This document shows positions 9,540-18,141 of a stretch of 61,734 nt of DNA, in pieces; position 1 is the first letter of the stretch; every line of letters begins with the position of its first letter. The notes under the pieces are model-generated. The model saw only the letters and a list, made by a program, of their open reading frames with translations. It had not been told where the DNA came from and ran no database searches. This stretch comes from Phycisphaerae bacterium. Lineage in GTDB: Bacteria; Planctomycetota; Phycisphaerae; UBA1845; PWPN01. The position numbers and the translations under genes are program-made. The DNA lies in contig JAFGKA010000213.1 in NCBI GenBank assembly GCA_016928855.1, positions 1 through 61,734 on the forward strand, in the 5' to 3' direction.

Positions 9540-11102
9540 CTACTCCCGTAGCGACTCGCCGCGCCGCTCCGGCGCCGGAGCCGGCCCGAAAAACTGGTTG
9601 CCGTGCACGTTTGTGATGTTGTTAATAATCTGCCCGGCCTCACTCGCCCGACCCGCCAAAATGGTCTCGGCGGTCGGATCGGGTAGCCCCCTTCGTGACC
9701 ACGGACGGCGGTAGCCACCGATCGACGCGCCGATGTCCCTCAGTTGGTCGATCTGCCCGGCGGTCTCTGGTGTTTCGCCGACCCGCCCGATCGCCTCCCC
9801 GATTCGTTCCTGTATCAGTTTGGCCTCAATGGCGGCGACTTCGTTTGCCGGCGGTCCGGAGAACACCCCCAGTTCACCTGTCGCGAGCTGCTCCTTGTAA
9901 ACCTCCTCCGCCTCCTGCCGCAGACGGGCCGCGTCAAATCGCCCTTGCATTCCACGACGAAACGCCCGACGTGCCGCATCCTGCCGGCTCTGCGCCAGCG
10001 GCGTCTTCGTGAACGCGGCCGCGTCCGCCATCGCTGCCGTCTGGTCGATGTTGCTCACCTCGGCGAACGCCGCGGCGCCGGCCGCGCGGCTACCGGCGCT
10101 GAACATCACGAACAGATCGCGAATGTCCTGCCCGCCCCCGAACGCGGCCGCCACAACGTCTTGCTGTTCGGGCGTGGTTACGCCGCCGAGAACCCCGCCG
10201 AGCAGTTGCATTCGCTTATCCAGGGTCATCGACCCGAACGCCTGGCCGCGTTCCTTTGCCGCAGCCTCCAGAAACTTGCGAGACTCCGGTGTTGGCCCGG
10301 ACGCCAGCCGCGCGAACGTCTTCATCGACGTGGCGGCCAGGCCACCTTCGGCCGCCTCCTGCCGCGCCGCCACCGCATATGCGACAGTCGTTTCCAGGTC
10401 CACACCCTGCGACAGCATCGACGTACCGCCCCGCAGCATCTGCCCGACAAACTCGCCGACCGTCTCGGCCTTGCTCATCTCGGCGCCGCGCTGAATAATC
10501 AGCGCCGCTTCCCACATGTCCCGGCCGGATGCGCTGATGATCTGGAGGAACTTGCCCGCCTCGGCCTCCGGAATCGCGCCGGCACCGACCAGCGGCGCGA
10601 ACGCATGCAGCTTTTCGAGATTCTCCCGAAGCTTCGGATTGCCCTTCCTGAGCCCCAACGAAATATCACCGCTAATCCCCAGTGACACCGCCGTCTGTAA
10701 GTCCGGCAATGCCCCGCGCTCCTGTATCTGCGTCGCAATCCGCAAGGCCCGCTGTTGGCCGGCGAGAGAGGTATCCCCTAATTGCTTGGCGAACGGAAGC
10801 ACCGTCTCAAGTGCCGTAAGCCCCTCGCGGGCGATTTCCTTCAGTGCCGCCTGCACCCGCTCAAGATGGCTAACGAGTGCGCCGATAACACCCACAATCG
10901 CCTGGATACCAACGAAGCCCGCTACAAATGCAACGGCGGCACCGCCAGCGTTCCGGAGCATCGCCCCGAGCCCGCCGGTTTTCTCTTTGGCCTTGTCGGC
11001 CTGCGTGCCGATCTGCTCCTCGGCGCCGGCCACGCCGCGGAGCTTCTGCTGCGCCTGCTCGGTCCCGTCGGCCGTTACCCGGATTTTGATTTCGTCAGGC
11101 AT
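9540..11102 (-). CDS. Short tail tape-measure-like protein
   Basis: N-terminus IKIRVTADGTEQAQQKL, hydrophobic Ala/Gly segment, Ala/Gly/Gln-rich helical body, C-terminal INNITNVHGNQFFG. Confidence 0.7.
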   Translation of the reverse strand: MPDEIKIRVTADGTEQAQQKLRGVAGAEEQIGTQADKAKEKTGGLGAMLRNAGGAAVAFVAGFVGIQAIVGVIGALVSHLERVQAALKEIAREGLTALETVLPFAKQLGDTSLAGQQRALRIATQIQERGALPDLQTAVSLGISGDISLGLRKGNPKLRENLEKLHAFAPLVGAGAIPEAEAGKFLQIISASGRDMWEAALIIQRGAEMSKAETVGEFVGQMLRGGTSMLSQGVDLETTVAYAVAARQEAAEGGLAATSMKTFARLASGPTPESRKFLEAAAKERGQAFGSMTLDKRMQLLGGVLGGVTTPEQQDVVAAAFGGGQDIRDLFVMFSAGSRAAGAAAFAEVSNIDQTAAMADAAAFTKTPLAQSRQDAARRAFRRGMQGRFDAARLRQEAEEVYKEQLATGELGVFSGPPANEVAAIEAKLIQERIGEAIGRVGETPETAGQIDQLRDIGASIGGYRRPWSRRGLPDPTAETILAGRASEAGQIINNITNVHGNQFFGPAPAPERRGESLRE

Positions 11103-11386
11103 TCTGCTCCCATCTTCTACAATTCCTGTCGCCCGGTCATCGGCCCGTGGCCGCGCTTGAACTGCGTTTCCACGCCACGAAAACGCCGTTCAAGGGCGGC
11201 CCCGGCTGGGGCAACCCTCACAAAAGGATAGCAGGCATCTGCGGGCGTTATCGCCGGCCCGGTGAGAAGCCCCGGGACTTGCCACGACCCGCTGGGCAAG
11301 CGCAGAGCCGGCCCGCTCCACGGGCTCACGTCGGCTCTGTATTTCTGATGCGTCGATCGCATGCTTTCACTTCATCACCGCGCCGA

Positions 11387-12592
11387 TCAGGAATCCGCGG
11401 TCTTCAAGCCGATGATTCCACCGGGGTTGCTCGCATCGCCGCGGCTGACGCAAACGAAGTCTTGCCTCTGTGTGGCCCTCACCGCGAGAAGATCCTGCGA
11501 GAAGTATGCATCCGTGCTGCGCGCGATCTGGAGATCCCTGCGGACGCCGAGCAGGCAGCTCTTGCGGAAATCGCCGAACAGCGCGCACACCTGCGTGTTC
11601 GCTTCTGTGGAGGGCATCTTCGAACTGAAGTGGACCGGGTAGCCCAAAAACCTAGTCTGGCCGCCGATCACACCTAAAGTTATCTCTTGGGCCGTGACAC
11701 CCCCCGCCGCAAAGGCGAGCTTTTGCATCACTTCGTAAAAGAACTTGCGGTGCACGAGCCACCGCGCGTTGGCGTCGGCAAAATTCGGCAGCAGCCCTAT
11801 GACCTCCTGAAAATCGGCGAGCGTTAACTCACTGTACGCGTTGCCGCTGCCGGTTACCTTGCTGCCGGCCTGCAGCGCGGCGCGGACGCCGAGCACCTCC
11901 AGGTACGTGCTCGATCCGTCCCCATTGATGGCACTGTCGTCCATCTGCTCTGACATCGCGGTCGCGACCTCGTCTACGAGATACTCGCCAACACCGATGA
12001 CAGCGTCTTCGCTGAGTTCGCTCGAAATGGCCGTCAGCACTCCCCATTTCCGGGCGACCAGGTTGACGGCCTGAAGTGTCGGCGTGCTCGCCGTGATCGC
12101 GTTCCCCTCGCCGGGTTGGTAGACCGTCAGACCGGCCGACGCGACGGGCCAGGCTTGTGAATCGTGGCTCATCGGGACGACGCGGGCGAGTTGTCGCATG
12201 ACCCCGTAGGTATCCTGCAACCGAAGCACTTCGGCTGCCATATCCCGCGGGACCAGGATGCCGCCGCCGGCCTCCGTGCCCTCAACCAGCGTCTTGACAT
12301 CGACACCGTACTCATCCGCGGCCTTCCGGGCCGCATCGCGTTTCCCGGCGAGCGCCATCGCGAGCACCCCGAACCCCTCCGCGGCTCGCCTGCTCATCAG
12401 CTTGCCGCCGTAGTCGCTCGGGATGCTCCGGATCTGCTCCCGCCAGGCGGTATACTGCTTTTCCTGCTCACGCTTGACGACGTCCAACTCATCGGCGAAC
12501 TTTCCGAGGATATCGTCATTCTTGCCGAGCTTGTCCGCCACAGCCTTGAGGCTGTGTTGCACCTCGCCCAGGGCACTATTCATCGTACTCAT
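11387..12592 (-). CDS. HK97-family major capsid protein
   Basis: Coiled-coil N-terminus, EGTEAGGGILVP, GEG, ISSELSED, AINGDG, FLGYPV, LFGDF, VRATQRQD; GAGAGG RBS before ATG at 12592. Confidence 0.93.
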   Translation of the reverse strand: MSTMNSALGEVQHSLKAVADKLGKNDDILGKFADELDVVKREQEKQYTAWREQIRSIPSDYGGKLMSRRAAEGFGVLAMALAGKRDAARKAADEYGVDVKTLVEGTEAGGGILVPRDMAAEVLRLQDTYGVMRQLARVVPMSHDSQAWPVASAGLTVYQPGEGNAITASTPTLQAVNLVARKWGVLTAISSELSEDAVIGVGEYLVDEVATAMSEQMDDSAINGDGSSTYLEVLGVRAALQAGSKVTGSGNAYSELTLADFQEVIGLLPNFADANARWLVHRKFFYEVMQKLAFAAGGVTAQEITLGVIGGQTRFLGYPVHFSSKMPSTEANTQVCALFGDFRKSCLLGVRRDLQIARSTDAYFSQDLLAVRATQRQDFVCVSRGDASNPGGIIGLKTADS

Positions 12593-12751
12593 TGTGTACA
12601 CCTCTCGCGGGCCGATGCCCGCGTCGTTCACTGTTCCAACCGCCGGCGTTTTTCAATCGGGCCACCGGCCCCGCCCGTCGTGCCCTCTTGTCTCGGTCTC
12701 GCGTATGCGCTGTCGCCGGCGAAGGCTGTCCGGCCGCGTGACGCTTGAGAC

Positions 12752-13174
12752 CTACTGCGACGGCTCCTCCGGCAATCGCAGAGCTGCATCCATCACCAGC
12801 CACGCCGCTTCCGCGACGCGTTCGGCGTCCGCCCCGGGGACCATCCGCCCAAGAGCTTCCACCACTTCGACGAAACCGCCGCCGCTACCATCGCGAATCG
12901 CGACGAAGCACGCATCGAGCAGTGGGCCCACCTCGACACCCAACAGATCCGCGGCGACCAAGACCGGTCGCACATAAACGTAGCGCCGTCGCAAGTCCCG
13001 CAGCTTCGCGTGCCCGCGGCTGATGATCCGCGGGATCAACCGCCGTAGTCGTGTCGCCTTGGCGTCGTCGATGCCGTCGAGTTCGGCGAGCCACGCCGGC
13101 GCCTTCGCCTCGAACGTTTCGAGTTCGTGCGCAAACTGGACCGCACTGGCGTTGACTATCGCGAGCTCACTCAT
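12752..13174 (-). CDS. Hypothetical protein upstream of capsid gene
   Basis: Co-oriented ORF MSELAIVNAS..., helical composition; no recognisable motif. Confidence 0.6.
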   Translation of the reverse strand: MSELAIVNASAVQFAHELETFEAKAPAWLAELDGIDDAKATRLRRLIPRIISRGHAKLRDLRRRYVYVRPVLVAADLLGVEVGPLLDACFVAIRDGSGGGFVEVVEALGRMVPGADAERVAEAAWLVMDAALRLPEEPSQ

Positions 13175-13325
13175 CGCACTGGACGCCCTCAAAACAAAGC
13201 GCGGCCAGGCGGACCCGTCCGGGCCAACCAAGCCGCACTGTTATCGGAATCCGTTCCTTCATATGATGGCATCCTGCCCACCGGGCCGCCGTCCCTGGCG
13301 GCCGCACCCGCCGCGATCGCGGCGC

Positions 13326-13694
13326 CTACTTCATCTTCGCCCGCCGCTTCTTTGCGGTCGCGTCCTTCGTCGCGTACCGTTGCCGCTCACGCCTCGCCTG
13401 CCGTTCCACCACGCCCACGCCGATGGCGTCCAGGTCGGCGCGGATCTCGGCGGCCAGGCCGATGACCGCCTTCCGCTCCGCGTCGTGGAGCTGCCCGCTT
13501 GCCAGCGTGTGCACGACCAGGCGCAGCCGCGCCGCACAGTCGGCTAACGCGTAGAACACGCCGGCCGCCAGGTCGTCCTTCATCCAATCGAGTGATAGAC
13601 TGTATTTCGAGACCTGCCCGAACCGCACCGGCGGTCCTTCGCCCTCGATTTCCTCCAGCGTCGGTATCGCCGTCTTGATTCCTGTTCCGTACAT
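13326..13694 (-). CDS. Hypothetical protein with basic C-terminus
   Basis: 122 aa, AAGGTG upstream, co-oriented with the operon. Confidence 0.65.
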   Translation of the reverse strand: MYGTGIKTAIPTLEEIEGEGPPVRFGQVSKYSLSLDWMKDDLAAGVFYALADCAARLRLVVHTLASGQLHDAERKAVIGLAAEIRADLDAIGVGVVERQARRERQRYATKDATAKKRRAKMK

Positions 13695-13762
13695 AGAACA
13701 CCTTCCCGTTCAATCACCGCACTTCCGCCATCAGGCGGGTTCGTCGGACTCCTCGGTCGCCA

Positions 13763-14218
13763 TTAGTCGGCGGCCGAGTCCTCGGTAAACGCAACACCCA
13801 TCTGTGCGGCCTTGCGACTTTGATATGACCGCCACTTCGCGTAGTTGTAGACAGCCGCACGTCCACCCCGACAATCGCCGCTCAGATGAAAGACTTCCGT
13901 CTTGCCAAACTTCGTAGGAATTGCCGCAACGCCGTAGTGCTTATCGAGCGTGGCGTAGCACTCCAGACAAATAAACGCCCTCCGGTGCTGGCTGTTTCTG
14001 TGATACTGAACGTAGGCCCGGAAGAACTCATCTTGAAGGTGTTCCGGGATGGCGTTCAAATCCGGAAACTTGTTCTTGATCCGCTCGAATTCGCGTTCAG
14101 GATCGACCCGCATCCGCACGGAGCGAGCCATGGGGGCTCGGCACCCGCACGCCTCACATTCGATCGTATTCTTCTTGCTCATGAATTTTGTCTCACTTGC
14201 GTGGTTCGGGGTTTTCAT
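13763..14218 (-). CDS. Hypothetical protein with two CxxC motifs (putative Zn-binding)
   Basis: CEAC and CLEC about 60 aa apart. Confidence 0.65.
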   Translation of the reverse strand: MKTPNHASETKFMSKKNTIECEACGCRAPMARSVRMRVDPEREFERIKNKFPDLNAIPEHLQDEFFRAYVQYHRNSQHRRAFICLECYATLDKHYGVAAIPTKFGKTEVFHLSGDCRGGRAAVYNYAKWRSYQSRKAAQMGVAFTEDSAAD

Positions 14219-14248
14219 TCACCTCAGCGCGCCGCCCGTTTTCACCCT

Positions 14249-14452
14249 TCATGCGGCACCGCCTGGCGACTCGTCGTAATCCGGTGAAAGGCCTTCGAGC
14301 ATATCCATAAGCGACCGCATCCCCTGCCACTTCATGCGCCGGGTGATCTCGGCCACGATCGTTGCCCGCCAGATCAACTCATCCAAAACGCCATCAAGAT
14401 CCTCGGCGGTCCCTTTCTTTAGTTCCGCCAACATTCGTTCGCGCGTTGTCAT
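14249..14452 (-). CDS. Small hypothetical protein, paralog of 14449-14763
   Basis: Shares the EDLDxVxxELxxRAxIxAxIT...M..L...E...PDxD pattern; ATGA overlap with its neighbour. Confidence 0.7.
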   Translation of the reverse strand: MTTRERMLAELKKGTAEDLDGVLDELIWRATIVAEITRRMKWQGMRSLMDMLEGLSPDYDESPGGAA

Positions 14453-14763
14453 GATTGGATGACCTCCGCCTTCTGCTGTTGGCCTTCACCTGCATCGCCG
14501 CCGCTCGGGTCGAGAAGCTCACCGACCTCTTCATCATCCAGATCCGGTACGGTCGATTCCTGGAGGTTCTTCAGTATCTTCATGTCCCAGTAATGCAGTT
14601 GCCCTGTGATCCTCGCGATGATTCTCGCCCGCGCCCGCAACTCGCCGCAGACGGCATCAAGGTCTTCCTCGCTGGCACACTTCAGCAGCGTGTCACAGAC
14701 GATATCGAAGTCCTCGCCCTTCGCGCCCCTCAACAGCGCTAGTAGTTCCTTCTTTGTTACCAT
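14449..14763 (-). CDS. Small acidic hypothetical protein, paralog of 14249-14452
   Basis: AGGAG RBS; MVTKKELLALL... Confidence 0.7.
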   Translation of the reverse strand: MVTKKELLALLRGAKGEDFDIVCDTLLKCASEEDLDAVCGELRARARIIARITGQLHYWDMKILKNLQESTVPDLDDEEVGELLDPSGGDAGEGQQQKAEVIQS

Positions 14764-14944
14764 GATCCCGTACTCCTGTGCCTGTGAAATGGAGCCCGGC
14801 CCGCCGGCAACCCGCAAGGGGGGATCGCGGGGGCAGCCGTAGTGGTCGGCCGCCGGCCGGCAGGGCCGGGCACGCTTGGATACGTTACGGCCACTACCCG
14901 CAACGCCATTGGAAACCCATTCGAACTGTTGTTACTTCGCGTTT

Positions 14945-16219
14945 TCACGCCGTCCTCGGGGCATACAACTGCTGCACCTGGCGGTCAGTCTCGGCCGTCA
15001 CATCGTCGCCCATCGCCAGCCGGTTCGCCTGGCGGACCATCTCCAGAGTGATGAGCGGCTTTCCCGGATTCGCAATCATCGCGATCTCGAAAACACTGAT
15101 GGCATACCGAAGCCCGCCGCCCTCGACGCCGTCGCCGAGCGCCGTCAGATTCGCCAGGTCGGTCAGGAACTTGATCGCGCCGCGTTCAATCCGCACGGTA
15201 TACTTCCCCAACATCTCGGCGACCTCCTCGACACTGAAAAGCCGCTCGCCATCTCGCCCACCGGTCTTCTGACTGCGTGCGAGCAAGTCCCGTTGGATGC
15301 AGATCCGGCCGACGATACTGCCGCCGATCCGCTCATCCCGCTGCGACCGTTTGAGCTTCGCAACCAGCAGCGGCCGGCCCGCCAGAACCACCGGACAGCC
15401 TGTCGCGTCATGGATCTGGCGAATTGCGTTGAGCGTGTCCGCCGGCAACGCGTCCGCCTCGTCCGCGACGATCAGCCGCTTCGAGCCGGCCAGCCTTGCG
15501 ACGATCGCAGAGAAGCCGGCGGCAAGCGTGCACACCCCTTCATTGTGGGATGCCCCCGCCACGCGGCCCGGCAGTGCCGAACCCGTGCGGATGCACCGAA
15601 GCAATGTGCGGTAGAAATGCAGCGGGGCCTTGCAGGAGTCGTTGATCTCGACGTACAGCCCGCTCGGGAAATCCTTGGCCATCACCGCGCGGAGGGCGAG
15701 CGTTTTGCCGATGCCCGACGGCCCGTAAACGACACCCATCCCGCCGCGAAGATCGACCGTCTTGACGATCGCGAACACCTCGCGCGCTACACCCGTCGTG
15801 ACGAACTCGCCCTTGGCCGGCGCGTTGGCCCGCGCGGCCTCACGGGCCAGTGCCGCATCGAGCGAGCGCAACACATCATCCCGCCGGTTGCGTTCACCCT
15901 GCCGCCCTGAATCGCCCTGCAACGCCATGCCCAGCACGTACACAGACACGCCGCATAGCCGCGCCAGATCCACCCGGGACGCGCCAGTCGCCCGCTGATA
16001 GACTTCAGCGCGGCCGACAATCTCGGCGCGGATTTCCTCGGTCAACTCGGCCCCGGGTTTGACGCGCGGCGTGCTTTCGACGCGCGCGGCCCGCTCGATA
16101 CCATCCATGGCGTCCGGTGGCGCATCCGGCGGCATGGCCGGCGCGAATGGATCAGTAACCCAGTCGGATACATGTCCGCCCGGGGGAATCGTCGGCTTGT
16201 TGTGTGGTGTGTCCGTCAT
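14945..16219 (-). CDS. MuB-like AAA+ transposition ATPase with N-terminal HTH
   Basis: VYGPSGIGKT (Walker A), LIVADEAD (Walker B), IRQIHD, PVVLAG; HTH SRVDLARLCGVS; overlaps the transposase stop. Confidence 0.9.
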   Translation of the reverse strand: MTDTPHNKPTIPPGGHVSDWVTDPFAPAMPPDAPPDAMDGIERAARVESTPRVKPGAELTEEIRAEIVGRAEVYQRATGASRVDLARLCGVSVYVLGMALQGDSGRQGERNRRDDVLRSLDAALAREAARANAPAKGEFVTTGVAREVFAIVKTVDLRGGMGVVYGPSGIGKTLALRAVMAKDFPSGLYVEINDSCKAPLHFYRTLLRCIRTGSALPGRVAGASHNEGVCTLAAGFSAIVARLAGSKRLIVADEADALPADTLNAIRQIHDATGCPVVLAGRPLLVAKLKRSQRDERIGGSIVGRICIQRDLLARSQKTGGRDGERLFSVEEVAEMLGKYTVRIERGAIKFLTDLANLTALGDGVEGGGLRYAISVFEIAMIANPGKPLITLEMVRQANRLAMGDDVTAETDRQVQQLYAPRTA

Positions 16220-18141
16220 CCTGCATCAGCCTCCGGGAAGCTTGCTGTCTCCTGGCTCCAGCTTTTCGCTTCCTCCTCATCCTCGACGGTGTCGCGAAAT
16301 AGGTCCGCGAAGCTCAGCGGCACCGCGGCTTCATCGGTGCGCTCGACGCGCTGCGCATCAATCGCACCCGCCAGGTCATCCAACGTCAGCGCCTCATCAG
16401 GCCCGGTTCCGCACCCGGCCGGCTCTGAGCCCGACACACGAAACTGACACATCGCGTCCGCCCAGTCGCTCTTCAGCGGCCGTATCGTGCGCGTCGGCGC
16501 AGCGTCATCGGTGCCGGTCGCGGCGATCAGGCCATTCATCGCGTCATGTTCGCGCTGACGTTTGGCGGCGCGATTCCGCGCATCAATGGCCGCTTCGGTA
16601 ACAGTTTGCATCGCGGCGCGCGTGCCGCCGTCCTGGACCGCGCTGGCCAGCCGGCGGGCCTGTTTCTTGGCTCGCATTCCCTTGGCGATGTCATCACGTG
16701 ATGCACGTGCAAACGCCAGGCGGTTATTCGTCGCCCGGCAGATCGGCTTGCCTTCAAGATCGCACACAACAACATACGATGCATCTTCGGGATGCACGCG
16801 AAGCAATACTTCCTTGCCTTGCAAGAGCTGAAGCCTGGCTTCTCCGAGCCCATACTCGATGCCGTCGTGGCGAACGCCGAAACGCGTAACCTTGACCGGC
16901 CGGCTTACGCGCATCAGCAAGAGGTCCATGAGCCCCTCAGGCACAACGACGCGCGGAATCGGGTTCGACGCGTTGAACACGTCGATCGGGGCACGTCCGT
17001 TCATGTCCACGCCGCGGTGTGGTGTGCGGTGATACGCGTCAATGTATTTCGTGAAGCCATCCCGATACCGGGCGATTGTCGGACACCGCTCGGGATGTGC
17101 TTTCGCAACCCTGTAGGCGGCCTGGAATCGCGCGTCCTTCTTGCCTCCGCAATACGTTTCGTAGGTGGCACCGTACTGGCCTTCGAGCGTTCCAAACCAT
17201 CGTTCAATCAGCTTCGAATCAGGGTTGAATGGAAGCGCAAAGCTAACTTCGGAGCCGACGCCGCCGAAGACGGAACGGCAGTAGTCCTCATCTTCGATCA
17301 GCCGTTTCGTGGTCGGCCGCCCGCCGCTGATTCCCTTGGCGCGGTAGGGCTTGCCGTTGTCGATGATGACCTCGGCCGGTGGCCCCCACTTCTCAATACC
17401 GTCGCGGAAGGTTAAGAGTACGGCGTCTTGGTTCTCGGTTTCGCCGATCGTCCAACCCGTAACGATGCGGCTTCGCAGGTCGATGAACGCGCCCAGCCGC
17501 GGCCGAATGATTTCCGGGTCCGCATCGCTGCGCCGGCAAAAGACATCGACGATATGGAAGTCGCCAACCCAGCACTGATTCGCGCGGTATTCCGTGTAGT
17601 CGCGAGAAGGAACCCGCACGCCGTGCTTACGATCCCATTCCTCTTCGCCGAGCCGGTACCGGTTCGCTTCGAATTCGGAAATCTCACGTCTGACTTTCGC
17701 TTGAACCGTCCGCAGCGAAGGCCACGCCCAACCCTGGCGCTCTGCCTCCGCGGCAACAAGCTGGCAACACAAGGCCACGGTCCGTTGCTGTCTCGTCAGC
17801 CAGAATTTCTTGAACAGATTCCACGCCTCCGGCGAACATGATTCCCGCCGCGTATCGCGATTCGCTCGCCGCCGGCCATCAACAAGACCGAGCACGTCGC
17901 CGGCCTCAATCAGGCGCGCCCAGTCGTGCAGTTTCGAGCGCCCGACCCCGTGCATCCCGCAGAACACCCGGTCGGCCTCGCCCCGCGTTGCCCCACGGCG
18001 CACCAAATCACAGCGCATCTGCTTCCACTCGGACACAATCCGCGTCTTGCGCCCGACCTCAAGCCGCTGTTCATCCGACAACCCCGCAAGCGCCGCCCGT
18101 TGCGGATCGACGGCAATCTCTCGGCGCGCCGCAAGTGCCAT
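16216..18141 (-). CDS. MuA-like DDE transposase
   Basis: ANQCWVGDFH (D), VIIDNGKPY (D), SKLIERWFGTLE (E), YHRTPH, Mu C-terminal beta-barrel-like VTRFGVRHDGIEY; two N-terminal HTH-like regions. Confidence 0.93.
   Translation of the reverse strand: MALAARREIAVDPQRAALAGLSDEQRLEVGRKTRIVSEWKQMRCDLVRRGATRGEADRVFCGMHGVGRSKLHDWARLIEAGDVLGLVDGRRRANRDTRRESCSPEAWNLFKKFWLTRQQRTVALCCQLVAAEAERQGWAWPSLRTVQAKVRREISEFEANRYRLGEEEWDRKHGVRVPSRDYTEYRANQCWVGDFHIVDVFCRRSDADPEIIRPRLGAFIDLRSRIVTGWTIGETENQDAVLLTFRDGIEKWGPPAEVIIDNGKPYRAKGISGGRPTTKRLIEDEDYCRSVFGGVGSEVSFALPFNPDSKLIERWFGTLEGQYGATYETYCGGKKDARFQAAYRVAKAHPERCPTIARYRDGFTKYIDAYHRTPHRGVDMNGRAPIDVFNASNPIPRVVVPEGLMDLLLMRVSRPVKVTRFGVRHDGIEYGLGEARLQLLQGKEVLLRVHPEDASYVVVCDLEGKPICRATNNRLAFARASRDDIAKGMRAKKQARRLASAVQDGGTRAAMQTVTEAAIDARNRAAKRQREHDAMNGLIAATGTDDAAPTRTIRPLKSDWADAMCQFRVSGSEPAGCGTGPDEALTLDDLAGAIDAQRVERTDEAAVPLSFADLFRDTVEDEEEAKSWSQETASFPEADAG

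Noticed and set aside
11117-11362. 81-aa ORF between capsid and tape-measure genes
   Set aside because: No motif or convincing RBS, and its Pro/Gly/Arg-rich composition is typical of spurious high-GC ORFs.
11387-12592. Encapsulin nanocompartment
   Set aside because: Phage-type motifs, an N-terminal coiled-coil and linkage to a prohead protease and TMP; no cargo enzyme.
14945-18141. Tn7-like or CRISPR-associated transposon
   Set aside because: No TnsA, TniQ/TnsD, cas genes or array. The ATPase has a MuB-like N-terminal HTH.
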